Shown here: piece by piece, positions 48,286 through 59,127 of the stretch | Layout of the letters: every line of letters starts with the position of its first letter | How positions within the stretch are numbered: position 1 is the stretch's first letter | Source: Oceanispirochaeta sp. | Lineage (GTDB): Bacteria > Spirochaetota > Spirochaetia > DSM-2461 | Direction: 5' to 3' | Assembly (NCBI GenBank): GCA_963666275.2 | Contig: CAXXOA010000002.1 | Location: forward strand, 1,632,001-1,696,000 | Length of the DNA stretch: 64,000 nt | The notes under the pieces: generated by a model | Seen by the model: the letters and a program-made list of their open reading frames with translations, nothing else | What the model was told of the DNA's origin: nothing | Database searches by the model: none | Program-made: the position numbers and the translations under genes

Positions 48286-49878
48286 ATGAAGATCCGCATT
48301 TTTCTTTTCATGCTTCTGTTTTCCCCCCTTTTTCTCTTCAGTGCCGGTCAGAAGGATACCTCATCAGACAGGGGTCTCTCTGTTTTTACTCTTCCCTACA
48401 GGAATCACTCCTTCCCTTCCAATCCTCTCCATATTCAGGATACTGATATTCTAAGACTCACCGGCGCCCTCTATCAAGGGTTGACCATGCCGGATCCCGT
48501 AAACGGGGGAGCTGCTGCGGGGCTGGCCCGGGAGTGGCAGGGAGATGAGCAGTCACGGGTCTTCACCTTTATTCTGGGAGAGTCCTTCTGGAGCAATGGC
48601 GAGGCCATAACGGCGGAACAGGTCAGGGCATCCTGGATGCAGGCTCTCAATCCGGCCGACCCGTCTCCCTATGCCTGGATTCTCATGCAGTATATCAAAG
48701 GCGCCCGGGAGTATGTCTCGGGAGAGACTTCCCCGGAGTCTGTTGAAATCCATGCGGAAGCGGAAAATACACTGAAAGTGGTGCTGACAGGTCCGACTCC
48801 CTATTTTCCTCAGGTTCTGACCCATCCGGTTTTTCGCGTATACCCCTTTCAGATGATGGGAGAGAAAGGCCTGGACCCTCTGCACCCGGATCAATGGATT
48901 GTCAGCGGGCCCTATATACCTGTTTCAGGGAGTGTCTCCGAAGGGATCCTTCTCAAGAGGAACAGGGGCTACGGCATCCTTTCTGAAGAAGATGCCCGGG
49001 AGATCCGTTTCCTTCCTGTTCCGGATGCACAGGAGGCTCTGAAGCTCTACAGGGAAGGGACTCTCCACTGGCTGCCCAGAGACTTTTTTCCGCTTGAGGA
49101 GCTCCCGGTTCTTGCCGGAAGGCCCGATTTCTACAACCCCACGGGGCTGACCAGCTATTTCTATCTTATAAATCAGCAACGGCCCGCATTGAAGAATCCC
49201 CTGATCAGAAGAGCCCTTTCCTCGGCTGTGGACAGGGAGGAGCTCATCGGGTATGTCCTTCAGGGCGCACAGGAACCCGCCTGGTCTCCCGTTCCGGCTA
49301 TGGAGGGTTTTTCCACCCGCAATCCGTCTGAGCTTCTCTATCCTCTCAGGCTGGATGAGGCCAGGAAAATGCGAAATGCATCGGGATATTCTGCAGCTGC
49401 CCCTCTGAATCTGCTTATAATGGATTCTCCCGGCCATAAGTCTGTGGCAGAATTTCTCACAGGCCGGTGGGAGGATGACCTGGGAATATCCTTTTCCATT
49501 ACCGCCGTGGATGCTCTGACATTCTATGAACTCAGAAGAGCGGGGCAATACGACCTGGCGCTGGGGGGATGGCACAGCGAAATTCTCGATCCGTTTCCCT
49601 TTCTCTCTCTCTTTCTATCTGGCAATTCTCCACTGGGCGGAACCTACTCCTCCGTTTCATTCGATGCCCTCCTCATTGATTCGGCCCTGGAGCAGGACCG
49701 GGATAAGCGAATGGCGCTTCTGAAAGAGGCTGAAGAGATCCTCTGTGAAACAGACCCGGCAGTGATCCCACTCTATTACTCTACGGTCCCCCAGCTTTTC
49801 AGGAAGGATCTTTGGAGGGGGTTCTATGGCAACCCGGCGGATGTTCACCCCCTTGATTCACTGAAAAATCGACCCTGA
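48286..49878 (+). CDS. Peptide ABC transporter substrate-binding protein (divergent OppA paralog)
   Basis: LYQGL, WSNG..ITA, SGPY, RRALS.AVDRE, P.IPLYY. Confidence 0.85.
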   Translation: MKIRIFLFMLLFSPLFLFSAGQKDTSSDRGLSVFTLPYRNHSFPSNPLHIQDTDILRLTGALYQGLTMPDPVNGGAAAGLAREWQGDEQSRVFTFILGESFWSNGEAITAEQVRASWMQALNPADPSPYAWILMQYIKGAREYVSGETSPESVEIHAEAENTLKVVLTGPTPYFPQVLTHPVFRVYPFQMMGEKGLDPLHPDQWIVSGPYIPVSGSVSEGILLKRNRGYGILSEEDAREIRFLPVPDAQEALKLYREGTLHWLPRDFFPLEELPVLAGRPDFYNPTGLTSYFYLINQQRPALKNPLIRRALSSAVDREELIGYVLQGAQEPAWSPVPAMEGFSTRNPSELLYPLRLDEARKMRNASGYSAAAPLNLLIMDSPGHKSVAEFLTGRWEDDLGISFSITAVDALTFYELRRAGQYDLALGGWHSEILDPFPFLSLFLSGNSPLGGTYSSVSFDALLIDSALEQDRDKRMALLKEAEEILCETDPAVIPLYYSTVPQLFRKDLWRGFYGNPADVHPLDSLKNRP

Positions 49879-50234
49879 GCCGGAGAAAACAGAAAAAATG
49901 ATCTGCAAAGAATTAAAGATTATTAACTTTGTCATGTTTTATTTTCAGGAAAACAATATAAAACATCTGTTTTAAAAACTGAAAAACAGGAAGATTCAGG
50001 ATAGTCTGTAAAGATAAGAGGGCATATCCTTCTATATTCCTTTAAAAACTGGCAGTTTTTTCTAGCCCGTTTCTAATATTCACAAATTAGTCATGTTTTC
50101 ATATCTGCATCTTTACATTGACTTATGCTCATAATGCTGTTTAAACTTGAATTTGCTCTCTAAAGACAGGTTTCCCTGATTCTTAAACCCAAAAGGAAAT
50201 CCCTGTCTCAAATGTCAATTGAAGGAGTCAATTT

Positions 50235-51881
50235 GTGAAAAAAGTTGTGTTTCGTTCTCTGATTCTGGCACTTTTCGCTTCGGCACTGGTTTTAACCGGC
50301 TGCGGTAAGAAAGAGGAAGCCCCCAAAGAAGCCGCCCGGATGGAAAAAGCTCCGGCAGTTATGAACTGGAACCTGGCTGCGGATCCCAAAACCATCGATC
50401 CCGGTCTTAACGGAGCCAATGACGCCGGTCATATCATCGGCAATACTTTTGAAGGGCTTGTCCGCGAAAGAAGCGGTGAAGTTATTCCGGGTATCGCAGA
50501 AAGCTGGGATGTTTCTAACGATGGAAAAACCATTACTTTTCATCTGAGAGAGTCAAACTGGTCCGATGGTTCTCCTCTGACGGCTCATGACTTTGTATAC
50601 TCCTGGAAACGGGCTATTGATCCGGCAACAGCTTCAGAATACGGCTGGATCTGGCATTATACAAATGTGGTTAATGCGGAAGCCGCCAACAATGGCGATG
50701 TTTCCACTGATGAAGTAGGGATCCGCGCTGTGGATGATCTGACTTTTGAAGTTACCCTTTCCGCCCCTACCGATTATTTTGTTTCCCTCACATCATTCTA
50801 TCACTTCCGACCGGTAAAACAGTCTTCTGTAGAAGCCGGCCCCGAAGGCGCCTGGGCAAAAGATCCTGCTCTGGCTGTCAGCAACGGACCTTTCGTTCTG
50901 ACTTCCTATACCATCGGTGACGGTCTGACTCTGGAAAAAAATGCGAATTTCTGGAATGCCGACCAGGTGGGACTTGATATTATCAATGTGAAATTCATTG
51001 ATTCCGCCTCTACAGGTTACAATGCCTATAAAGCAGGGGAATTCGACTTCCTGGATCAGAATTCCATTCCTCCCGCTGAAATTCCCGCTCTTATTGCGGA
51101 AAATCCCGAGTTCTATATCTATCCTCTTCTGGGAACCTACTACTACAATTTCAATATGAACCTGGATCTGTGGAAGGATGTGAGAGTGAGAAAAGCCCTT
51201 TCCTATGGTATCGACAGAGAAAGGATCGTGGAAACCCTGGCCAGAGGAAACGTTCCTGCCGCCGGTTTTGTTCCTCCCGGATTCCCCGACCATGAAGGAA
51301 ACGACTTTTTTGAAACCGCAGGAACCTATGGTGTTTCCACCGATGACGGTTCTGTGGAAGAAGCTAAAAGACTCCTGGCTGAAGCCGGATATCCCGACGG
51401 TGAAGGGTTCCCCTCATTTGTCCTTCTCTATAACACTGCCGAAGGTCATCAGCTGGTAGCGGAAATGGTTCAGGAAATGTGGAAAACCAACCTGGGAATC
51501 GAATGTACCCTGGAAAACCAGGAGTGGGCTGTATTTCAGGATACCAGGAAACAGGGGGACTACGAAGTTTCCCGGGGCGGCTGGATCACAGACTTCCTGG
51601 ATCCCATGGGTCTCCTGGCAATCTTTGTCGAAGGAAACGACTACAACGATCCCAAATACAATAACCCTGCCTACAATGAAGCCATGGCTGTTGCCTCTTC
51701 AACCTATGGTCAGGATCACTATGAAGCCCTGTATAAAGCTCAGGACATTCTTATGAACGATATGCCTGTGATTCCCGTCTATCACTACACAGACTTTTTC
51801 CTCTCTTCCCCCAAAATCAAGGGATGGGACAGAAGTATGCTGGGACAGATGGATTTCAGTACCGCCTATATTCAGGAATAA
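50235..51881 (+). CDS. oppA: Oligopeptide ABC transporter substrate-binding lipoprotein
   Basis: Lipobox LTGC, DP.TIDP, FEGL, WSDG.PLTA.DF.YSW, SNGPF, R.GW..D..DP. Confidence 0.93.
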   Translation: MKKVVFRSLILALFASALVLTGCGKKEEAPKEAARMEKAPAVMNWNLAADPKTIDPGLNGANDAGHIIGNTFEGLVRERSGEVIPGIAESWDVSNDGKTITFHLRESNWSDGSPLTAHDFVYSWKRAIDPATASEYGWIWHYTNVVNAEAANNGDVSTDEVGIRAVDDLTFEVTLSAPTDYFVSLTSFYHFRPVKQSSVEAGPEGAWAKDPALAVSNGPFVLTSYTIGDGLTLEKNANFWNADQVGLDIINVKFIDSASTGYNAYKAGEFDFLDQNSIPPAEIPALIAENPEFYIYPLLGTYYYNFNMNLDLWKDVRVRKALSYGIDRERIVETLARGNVPAAGFVPPGFPDHEGNDFFETAGTYGVSTDDGSVEEAKRLLAEAGYPDGEGFPSFVLLYNTAEGHQLVAEMVQEMWKTNLGIECTLENQEWAVFQDTRKQGDYEVSRGGWITDFLDPMGLLAIFVEGNDYNDPKYNNPAYNEAMAVASSTYGQDHYEALYKAQDILMNDMPVIPVYHYTDFFLSSPKIKGWDRSMLGQMDFSTAYIQE

Positions 51882-51902
51882 TCTTTATCTGCTTCAAAAA
51901 TC

Positions 51903-51930
51903 GGGCTGCTCCGGAAGGGGCGGCCCTATT
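51903..51930 (+). terminator. Hairpin after oppA
   Basis: GGGCTGCTCC-GGAA-GGGGCGGCCC followed by TATTT. Confidence 0.65.
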
Positions 51931-52084
51931 TAAGAATACAAATCATTAAGAGCATGAAAGTCACTGATTCTTCCTCTCTTTCCGGTTAGCGATATTTTTT
52001 ACATCTTTGCTTTTCCCTGTTTACCTGTTGGATTGCCCTTTAAGCTGAAAAAGACTTTTCTGCCAGACAAATAGGAGTCTGTAT

Positions 52085-53014
52085 ATGAAACATTATATAG
52101 TCCGGCGCCTGATTTATTCTCTGCTGACAATTGTTCTCATAGCTACTGTCACATTCTTTATGATGCACTCCATCCCCGGAGGGCCCTTTACAAGAGAAAG
52201 ACCCGTGCCGCCGGAAATCATGCGCGTTCTCAACGAGAAATATCATCTGGATGATCCTCTGATCGTTCAGTATCTCGATTATATGAAGGGACTGGCCACC
52301 TTTGACCTGGGGCCTTCCTTTTCAAAGATCGGTACTTCAGTCAATGATCTCATTGTCTCAGGGTTTCCCCTGACAGCCCGTGTGGGGTTCCTGGCAGTTC
52401 TTCTGATTGTTGTTCTGGGCGTTCCCGTGGGGATCATTTCCGCATTGAAACAGAATCAGCCGATTGACTATTTTGTCATGTTTATGGCCACCCTCGGTGT
52501 GACCATCCCCAGTTTCGTCATTGCCACGCTGATTATCTTTGTCTTCTCGGGCAAACTGGGATGGATTCCTCCTTTCGGCCTGAAAACCCCGGCCAGTTAT
52601 ATCGGTCCCGTGGTGGCCCTTTCGGGGTACTCTCTCTCGTTTGTTGCCCGGCTGACCCGCTCCAGTATGCTGGAGGTTCTCCGTCAGGATTATATCAGAA
52701 CGGCAAGAGCCAACGGGCTGAGGAATTTCTCTGTCATCGGTAAACATGCCGTCAAGAATGCTCTCATTCCTGTAGTCACCTATATCGGTCCCACAGTGGC
52801 AACCCTAATGACAGGGTCCTTTGTTATTGAGAGAATCTTTGCCATCCCCGGAATCGGCCGGTATTTTGTGGAGAGCGTCTCCAACAGGGATTACACCACC
52901 ATTATGGGGGTTACCGTCCTTTATGCCGCGTTTTATGTGATCATGGTTTTTATAGTGGATATGGTCTATGCCCTGATCGATCCGAGAATACGCTTTGACA
53001 AGGAGACGGGATGA
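52085..53014 (+). CDS. oppB: Oligopeptide ABC permease
   Basis: PGGPF, DLGPS, RSSMLEVL.QDYIRTARA.GL EAA motif. Confidence 0.93.
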   Translation: MKHYIVRRLIYSLLTIVLIATVTFFMMHSIPGGPFTRERPVPPEIMRVLNEKYHLDDPLIVQYLDYMKGLATFDLGPSFSKIGTSVNDLIVSGFPLTARVGFLAVLLIVVLGVPVGIISALKQNQPIDYFVMFMATLGVTIPSFVIATLIIFVFSGKLGWIPPFGLKTPASYIGPVVALSGYSLSFVARLTRSSMLEVLRQDYIRTARANGLRNFSVIGKHAVKNALIPVVTYIGPTVATLMTGSFVIERIFAIPGIGRYFVESVSNRDYTTIMGVTVLYAAFYVIMVFIVDMVYALIDPRIRFDKETG

Positions 53015-54204
53015 CCATGGATTCCAGCGAATTTGTCTTTATTGACAGAAATAAGACAGAAATAGAAGAAAAAATGCGTCCCAGCCTGACCTACTGGCAG
53101 GATGCCTGGAGACGTCTGAAAAACCACAAGCTTGCCATGGCCGGGCTGGTGGGTGTCACTCTCATTTTTCTGTTTGCCATTTTCGGCCCCTTTTTCATGT
53201 CTCGAACCTATTCGGACCAGAATCTGGATTTCACAAATATTCCCCCCCGGTTTGATATCTATCAGCTGGAAGAGGATTATTTTATCTATCTGACAAAAGA
53301 CTACAAGCTTCTCAGAATTTCAGAAGAGGGAGAGATCCTCTCCCGGCTGGAAAGGACCAAAACCGATCCCGTTAAGAAGCTTTATACCTATGAAGATGGG
53401 GATCTCAAGGTAGTTCTGGACTTTTCCTACAACCTTCTTCCCGACAAAATGAACAGCCCCTTTGATTACTCTTTCCTTTACAGGGGTAATGAGATCACCG
53501 GATCCTATAAAAGGGTTTTTAACAGAACCTATATTTTCGGCAGCGACAATCTGGGACGGGACCTTCTTGTCCGGATTATGTACGGAGCCCGTATCTCTCT
53601 GACCATCGCCCTGGTGGCAACCCTTGTGAACCTGTTTATCGGAGTCTTCTTCGGAAGTGTCGCCGGATACGAAGGCGGCCGGACCGATATGGCCATGATG
53701 AGGTTTGTGGATATTCTGAACTCGATTCCTCTGGTTCTTTATGTTATCCTCATTATGGTCCTGGTAGGCAACAGGGGATTATGGACCATGACAATCGCTC
53801 TGGGAAGCGTTTACTGGGTGCAGATGGCCCGTCTTGTGCGGGGGCAGATGCTGAGTCTCAAAAATCAGGAGTTTGTCCTGGCAGCCAGGGCTCTGGGCGT
53901 CTCAAGGAATAAGATAATCTCCCGCCATCTGGTTCCCAACGCCATGGGCCCCATCATTGTTTCCATGACCATGCTGATTCCCCAGGCTATCTTTACCGAA
54001 GCTTTTATCGGGTTCATCGGACTGGGAGTTTCCGCCCCCATGGCCTCCTGGGGTACCCTTGCCAATGATGCTCTGGCGGGACTGCTCTCCTATCCCTATC
54101 AGCTGTTTTTCCCCTCCATGGCTATCGCGCTAACCATGCTCTCCTTCAATTTCCTGGGAGACGGACTGCGGGATGCTCTTGATCCCAGACTGAGAAAAGG
54201 ATAA
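53011..54204 (+). CDS. oppC: Oligopeptide ABC permease
   Basis: W.DAWRRL, FG.D.LGRD, EFV.AA.ALG, GDGLRDALDP. Confidence 0.93.
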   Translation: MTMDSSEFVFIDRNKTEIEEKMRPSLTYWQDAWRRLKNHKLAMAGLVGVTLIFLFAIFGPFFMSRTYSDQNLDFTNIPPRFDIYQLEEDYFIYLTKDYKLLRISEEGEILSRLERTKTDPVKKLYTYEDGDLKVVLDFSYNLLPDKMNSPFDYSFLYRGNEITGSYKRVFNRTYIFGSDNLGRDLLVRIMYGARISLTIALVATLVNLFIGVFFGSVAGYEGGRTDMAMMRFVDILNSIPLVLYVILIMVLVGNRGLWTMTIALGSVYWVQMARLVRGQMLSLKNQEFVLAARALGVSRNKIISRHLVPNAMGPIIVSMTMLIPQAIFTEAFIGFIGLGVSAPMASWGTLANDALAGLLSYPYQLFFPSMAIALTMLSFNFLGDGLRDALDPRLRKG

Positions 54205-54208
54205 TCCA

Positions 54209-55234
54209 ATGAGTGAAAATATACTGTTAGAACTGAAGGATGTGAAAACCTCTTTCTATACCCATCACGGAGAGGTCCAGGCGGTCAGGGGTTCTTCGTT
54301 TAAACTGAAAAAAGGGGATGTCCTGGGCATCGTGGGCGAGTCCGGCTCGGGGAAAAGCGTCACATCCCTTTCCATTATGGGACTGATTGATGAACCGGGT
54401 AAGATCAAATCCGGAGAGATCCTCTTTGACGGCAGAGATCTGACAAAATTGAGTCAGAAACAGCTGTCTGATATCCGGGGAAATGAGATTGCCATGATTT
54501 TCCAGGATCCCATGACCTCTCTGAACCCTGTTTATACAATCCGGAATCAGATGATTGAAGTCATAAGACGTCACCGGAAAATCAGCGTTAAAGAGGCTCA
54601 CAAAAAGGCTGTGGAGATGCTCCATCTTGTGGGCATCCCCGAACCGGAAAAACGGATAAACAGCTATCCTCATGAGTTTTCCGGAGGTATGCGGCAGAGG
54701 GTTATGATTGCTACAGCTCTTTCCTGCAATCCCCGTCTTCTGATTGCGGATGAGCCCACAACAGCGCTGGACGTGACCATACAGGCTCAGATTCTGGAAC
54801 TGATGAATGAGCTGAAAGAGAAAATTCAGGCTTCTATCATCCTCATTACCCATGATCTGGGTGTGATTGCCGAGGTTTGTGATCATATCGTTGTGATGTA
54901 CGGCGGTACCATCATGGAGAAAGGGACGGAAAAGGACATCTTCTACAATCCCCAGAATCCCTATACCGTGGGACTTCATAAATCAGTGCCCAAGATAAAT
55001 GAAGAAGGGGCGGATGAAAGGCTTGTTCCCATTGAAGGATCTCCCCCTGATCTGCTGCATCCTCCCGAAGGATGTGCTTTTTCTCCCCGCTGTCCTCATG
55101 CCATGGACATCTGTCTGAAAAAGCAGCCCCCCACCTTTACACTCAGTGAGACTCACAGCTCTGCGTGCTGGCTCCTCCATAAGGACGCGCCCCGGGTGGA
55201 AAACTATGAAAAGGCAGGTGATCACGGTGAATAA
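54209..55234 (+). CDS. oppD: Oligopeptide ABC ATP-binding protein
   Basis: [30 protein letters not shown]. Confidence 0.95.
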   Translation: MSENILLELKDVKTSFYTHHGEVQAVRGSSFKLKKGDVLGIVGESGSGKSVTSLSIMGLIDEPGKIKSGEILFDGRDLTKLSQKQLSDIRGNEIAMIFQDPMTSLNPVYTIRNQMIEVIRRHRKISVKEAHKKAVEMLHLVGIPEPEKRINSYPHEFSGGMRQRVMIATALSCNPRLLIADEPTTALDVTIQAQILELMNELKEKIQASIILITHDLGVIAEVCDHIVVMYGGTIMEKGTEKDIFYNPQNPYTVGLHKSVPKINEEGADERLVPIEGSPPDLLHPPEGCAFSPRCPHAMDICLKKQPPTFTLSETHSSACWLLHKDAPRVENYEKAGDHGE

Positions 55235-56216
55235 TGCAGCGCCACTACTGGAAGTTAGAAATCTGAAAAAGTATTTTACCCTGAACAGCGGTATTCTGAA
55301 TCCCAAAAAACAGTATCTCAAAGCTGTCGACGATATCTCCTTTCAGATTCGAAAAGGAGAAACCTTCGGGCTGGTAGGGGAGTCGGGGTGCGGTAAATCC
55401 ACAACCGGACGGACAATTCTCAAACTCTATGAGCCCACGGGAGGGCAGGTCTTTTTTGACGGTGTCGATCTGGCGACAGTTCCCGAGAAACAGATGAAAC
55501 CCTACAGAAAAAAAATTCAGATGATTTTTCAGGATCCCTATGCCTCCCTGAACAGCCGTATGACCGTAACGGATATCATCGGCGAGGGAATTTCCACCCA
55601 TCATTTAGCCGAAGGGGCGGAACGTCAGGAGAGGATCTATCATCTACTCCATCAGGTAGGGTTGAAGAAAGAACATGCCAACCGCTATCCCCATGAGTTT
55701 TCCGGAGGCCAGAGACAGCGGATCGGAATTGCCCGTTCCCTGGCAGTAGAACCGGATCTTGTTGTGTGTGACGAACCGATTTCGGCTCTGGATGTCTCCA
55801 TTCAGGCTCAGGTTGTCAATATGATGCAGGATCTGCAGGATAAGATGGGGCTGACCTATCTGTTCATCGCCCATGACCTTTCCATGGTCAAATATATCTC
55901 CGACAGGATCGGAGTTATGTATCTGGGGCAGCTTATGGAAGTGACCACCAGCGATGAACTCTACAAAAACCCTCTCCATCCCTATACAAAAGCCCTTCTT
56001 TCGGCTATCCCCATTCCGGATCCGGATGTGACAAGGCGAAACAAACGGGTGGTTCTGCAGGGTAGTGTTACAAGCCCCATAGATCCTCCCGAAGGCTGCC
56101 GGTTTGCTACCAGATGCCCTCTGGCACAGGATATCTGCCGGCAGAAGACTCCTGTTCTGGAGGAAGTTGCTCCGGATCATCATGTAGCCTGCCATGTGGT
56201 TCAGGGAAAAACCTGA
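55227..56216 (+). CDS. oppF: Oligopeptide ABC ATP-binding protein
   Basis: GESGCGKST, FQDPYASLN, FSGGQRQR. Start estimated at GTG 55227. Confidence 0.95.
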   Translation: MNNAAPLLEVRNLKKYFTLNSGILNPKKQYLKAVDDISFQIRKGETFGLVGESGCGKSTTGRTILKLYEPTGGQVFFDGVDLATVPEKQMKPYRKKIQMIFQDPYASLNSRMTVTDIIGEGISTHHLAEGAERQERIYHLLHQVGLKKEHANRYPHEFSGGQRQRIGIARSLAVEPDLVVCDEPISALDVSIQAQVVNMMQDLQDKMGLTYLFIAHDLSMVKYISDRIGVMYLGQLMEVTTSDELYKNPLHPYTKALLSAIPIPDPDVTRRNKRVVLQGSVTSPIDPPEGCRFATRCPLAQDICRQKTPVLEEVAPDHHVACHVVQGKT

Positions 56217-56361
56217 GGAGAAACACAGGTTGCCGTTCCTCTCATTTCTCCCTTGTCTCCGGGGGAGGAGTGAGAAGGGAGCGGAAGATATAAAAAATCC
56301 GCTGTTCCCTGTCAATTGAAAAAGTCGGGGATCAGGGATATCCTGTTCATCAGGATATCAT

Positions 56362-57084
56362 ATGAACCGATCTGAAAATGCATTCCATATAGTCTCTGTG
56401 GAGGATGATCCCTCTGTTGCAAAAGGGATTATTCTCTCTCTCGAAGCTGCCGGGTACAGGGTCTCTCACTATCTCAATGGAGAGGCATTTCTTGCCTGTC
56501 TTGATGAGGTCGACCCCTCCCTGCTCATTCTTGATATCCGGCTTCCCGGAAAAGATGGTTTTACCCTCTGCCGGGAAATCAGAAGCCGGGGCTATCATTT
56601 TCCCGTCCTGATGCTGACTGCCAGGGATGATGAAGAGGACAAGATCCTGGGACTGGATGACGGTGCTGATGACTATATGATCAAACCCTTCAGCCTGAAG
56701 GAACTGCACTCCCGGGTAAAAGCCCTTCTGCGGCGTTCCTACGGGGCCTTCTCCGAGGGACATCCGGGAGAGCGGGAGTACCGGTTCGGTCCCTACGTGC
56801 TGAATCCGGGAAGGATGACTCTTATCAAGGAGGAGGAGCAGGTGGATCTGACTCCTATGGAGTTCAAACTCCTGCTCTTTTTTCTCAGAAACAGCGGAAC
56901 TGTGTTTAACAGAACAGACATCATACACAGGGTCTGGTCTGCTGACAGTGAATATTTCGGCGATGAGAGGACTGTGGACGTTCATATCAGGCATCTGAGA
57001 AAAAAAATTGAACAGGATGCCTCCCGTCCGGAATATCTGAAGACTCTGAGAGGGGAGGGGTACTTTTTTACCCTATCCCCCTGA
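56362..57084 (+). CDS. OmpR/PhoB family response regulator
   Basis: VEDD, LDIRLP, MLTAR, GADDY..KPF, RTVDVHIR.LR.K, T.RG.GY. Confidence 0.93.
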   Translation: MNRSENAFHIVSVEDDPSVAKGIILSLEAAGYRVSHYLNGEAFLACLDEVDPSLLILDIRLPGKDGFTLCREIRSRGYHFPVLMLTARDDEEDKILGLDDGADDYMIKPFSLKELHSRVKALLRRSYGAFSEGHPGEREYRFGPYVLNPGRMTLIKEEEQVDLTPMEFKLLLFFLRNSGTVFNRTDIIHRVWSADSEYFGDERTVDVHIRHLRKKIEQDASRPEYLKTLRGEGYFFTLSP

Positions 57085-57118
57085 GTTTCTTCGTGAGATG
57101 GCACTTTTCAGAAAAAGG

Positions 57119-57150
57119 TTGACATATTATTAGTAATCATTATTATTATT
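57119..57150 (+). promoter_or_regulatory. Promoter with Per/Fur-box-like site
   Basis: TTGACA at 57119-24 followed by TTAGTAATCATTATTA overlapping the -10 region. Confidence 0.6.
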
Positions 57151-57154
57151 AGTT

Positions 57155-57550
57155 ATGGAAGAATTCAGATTAACCTCTCAGAGGAAATTGATACTCGATG
57201 AGCTGATGAAAACCAGATCTCATCCCCCTGCCGATTTTATCTATGAAAAAGTCAGAAAGAAACTTCCGAATATCAGCCTTGGGACCGTATACCGAAATCT
57301 GGAACTTATGGCCAAAAACGGTATGATTGTCAAAATTGAAACACCTGACGGGCAGAAAAGGTTTGATTACAATACAGCACCGCACCCGCATTTCCGCTGT
57401 GAAAAATGCGGTAAAATTGAAGATATCCCCCTGGATTTAAGCCCTCCGGAACCGGATCCCTCGGACCCCTGGGTTAAAAGCCGTACGATTCAGAGTGCAA
57501 CCCTTCACTATCAGGGAATCTGCTCTGACTGCAGGAATCAGCATCAATAA
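57155..57550 (+). CDS. perR: Fur-family regulator, PerR-like
   Basis: RLTSQR, HP.A..IY, SLGTVYRNL, RFD, HPHF.CEKCG, G.C.DC; precedes rbr. Confidence 0.85.
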   Translation: MEEFRLTSQRKLILDELMKTRSHPPADFIYEKVRKKLPNISLGTVYRNLELMAKNGMIVKIETPDGQKRFDYNTAPHPHFRCEKCGKIEDIPLDLSPPEPDPSDPWVKSRTIQSATLHYQGICSDCRNQHQ

Positions 57551-57698
57551 TATAGGCTTGATTTTTTATTCATAAGGTTTAGTATTAAGTAGTTGGGCAG
57601 ATGAAGAATCTGCTGTATCCAATTTATATTTCTATGTCATTTTTTTGTAAATCAGCAGGCTCAGGTCTGCAGAAAAAACTGTTGTAAGGAGAGATACT

Positions 57699-58274
57699 AT
57701 GGCTTCATTAAAAGGAACAAAAACTGAAAAGAACATTCTGACAGCTTTTTCCGGTGAATCACAGGCAAGAAACAGATACACCTATTTCACCAGTAAAGCG
57801 AAAAAAGAAGGTTATGTTCAGATTGCGGACATCTTTGAAGAGACAGCTAATCAGGAACGGGAACATGCCAAAAGGCTGTTTAAACTCCTCGAAGGCGGAG
57901 AAGTGGAAATTACAGGAAGTTTTCCCGCCGGTGTGATTGGAACCACCTCTGAAAACCTGGCCGAAGCGGCTGCGGGTGAGCACTATGAATGGACTACCAT
58001 GTATCCCGAATTTGCCGCCACTGCCAGGGAAGAAGGTTTTGATAATATTGCCAATATTTTCGAAGCCATTGCTGTAGCGGAAAAACAGCACGAAAAAAGA
58101 TACATTGAGCTGAAAAAGAATGTTGATGAAGGAACTGTTTTCAAAAAAGATCACGGTGTTGTCTGGAGATGCCGAAACTGCGGATACCTTCATGAAGGAA
58201 CAGAAGCTCCGGCTGTATGTCCCGCCTGTGCTCATCCCAAAGCACACTTTGAACTTTTAGGCGAAAACTGGTAA
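57699..58274 (+). CDS. rbr: Rubrerythrin
   Basis: F.GESQARNRY, E.EHA, E.YE, E.QHE, W.CRNCGY, CPAC.HP. Confidence 0.96.
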   Translation: MASLKGTKTEKNILTAFSGESQARNRYTYFTSKAKKEGYVQIADIFEETANQEREHAKRLFKLLEGGEVEITGSFPAGVIGTTSENLAEAAAGEHYEWTTMYPEFAATAREEGFDNIANIFEAIAVAEKQHEKRYIELKKNVDEGTVFKKDHGVVWRCRNCGYLHEGTEAPAVCPACAHPKAHFELLGENW

Positions 58275-58310
58275 TCCATCAGATTCAATTTTTGAAATGG
58301 AATGATAGAA

Positions 58311-58349
58311 GCGCTGGTCTGACAGATCAGCCGTGATTGTTTTTTTTTT
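58311..58349 (+). terminator. Probable terminator after rbr
   Basis: GCTGGTCT-GAC-AGATCAGC hairpin with a T run a few bases downstream. Confidence 0.45.
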
Positions 58350-58397
58350 ATTTCCGGCACCTGAATGGACCGGAAATATACACAATAGGAGATAAAA

Positions 58398-58778
58398 ATG
58401 GGCGTTAAAGCTGTAAATGAAGTATATAAATGTGAACTCTGTGGTAATATCGTTGAAGTTGTTAATGTAGGCGGAGGAGATCTTGTCTGCTGTGGTAAGG
58501 AAATGACTCTGCTTGAAGAGAAAACGGCTGATTCCTCTACAGAAAAACATGTTCCCCTGATTGAGAAAATCGACGGCGGATACAAAGTAACAGTAGGAAG
58601 CACTCTGCACCCCATGACCGATGAACACTGGATTCAGTGGATTGAACTGCTGGCAGACGGTAAGGTATACAAAAAATATCTCAACCCCGGTGATCAGCCT
58701 GTGGCAGAATTCTGCGTAGACGCTTCTAAAGTTTCTGCCAGAGAATACTGCAATGTTCACGGACTCTGGAAAGCCTGA
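58398..58778 (+). CDS. dfx: Desulfoferrodoxin (superoxide reductase)
   Basis: [26 protein letters not shown]. Confidence 0.96.
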   Translation: MGVKAVNEVYKCELCGNIVEVVNVGGGDLVCCGKEMTLLEEKTADSSTEKHVPLIEKIDGGYKVTVGSTLHPMTDEHWIQWIELLADGKVYKKYLNPGDQPVAEFCVDASKVSAREYCNVHGLWKA

Positions 58779-58883
58779 GAGAGCCTTCCAGGGTATTTTT
58801 AGAAATAATTCTCCTTGCAATAATGGAGTAATTATATAATAATTTTCTTTAACACCGTATGAACGGTTTGGAGGTATGAACTT

Positions 58884-59042
58884 ATGAAATATGTATGCGA
58901 TGTATGCGGCTATATTTATGATCCGGCAGAAGGCGATCCCGATAACGGAGTACAGGCTGGAACAGAATTCAATGATATTCCTGAAGATTGGGTTTGCCCT
59001 CTCTGCGGCGCTGAGAAATCTGATTTCTCTCCCCAGGACTAA
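58884..59042 (+). CDS. rub: Rubredoxin (52 aa, not in ORF track)
   Basis: Hand translation [61 protein letters not shown]. Confidence 0.96.
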   Translation: MKYVCDVCGYIYDPAEGDPDNGVQAGTEFNDIPEDWVCPLCGAEKSDFSPQD

Positions 59043-59071
59043 GACGTTTACGTATTGAATTATTAAATAAT

Positions 59072-59100
59072 AGGCTGCCCTGCGGGGCAGCCTTTTTATT
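59072..59100 (+). terminator. Intrinsic terminator
   Basis: AGGCTGCCC-TGCG-GGGCAGCCT followed by TTTTATT. Confidence 0.88.
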
Positions 59101-59127
59101 TATCACAGATTTCCCGGAGGTGTGTTT

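Noticed and set aside
56362..57084. Orphan OmpR regulator as part of the oxidative-stress operon
   Set aside because: perR has its own promoter and no functional link is visible.
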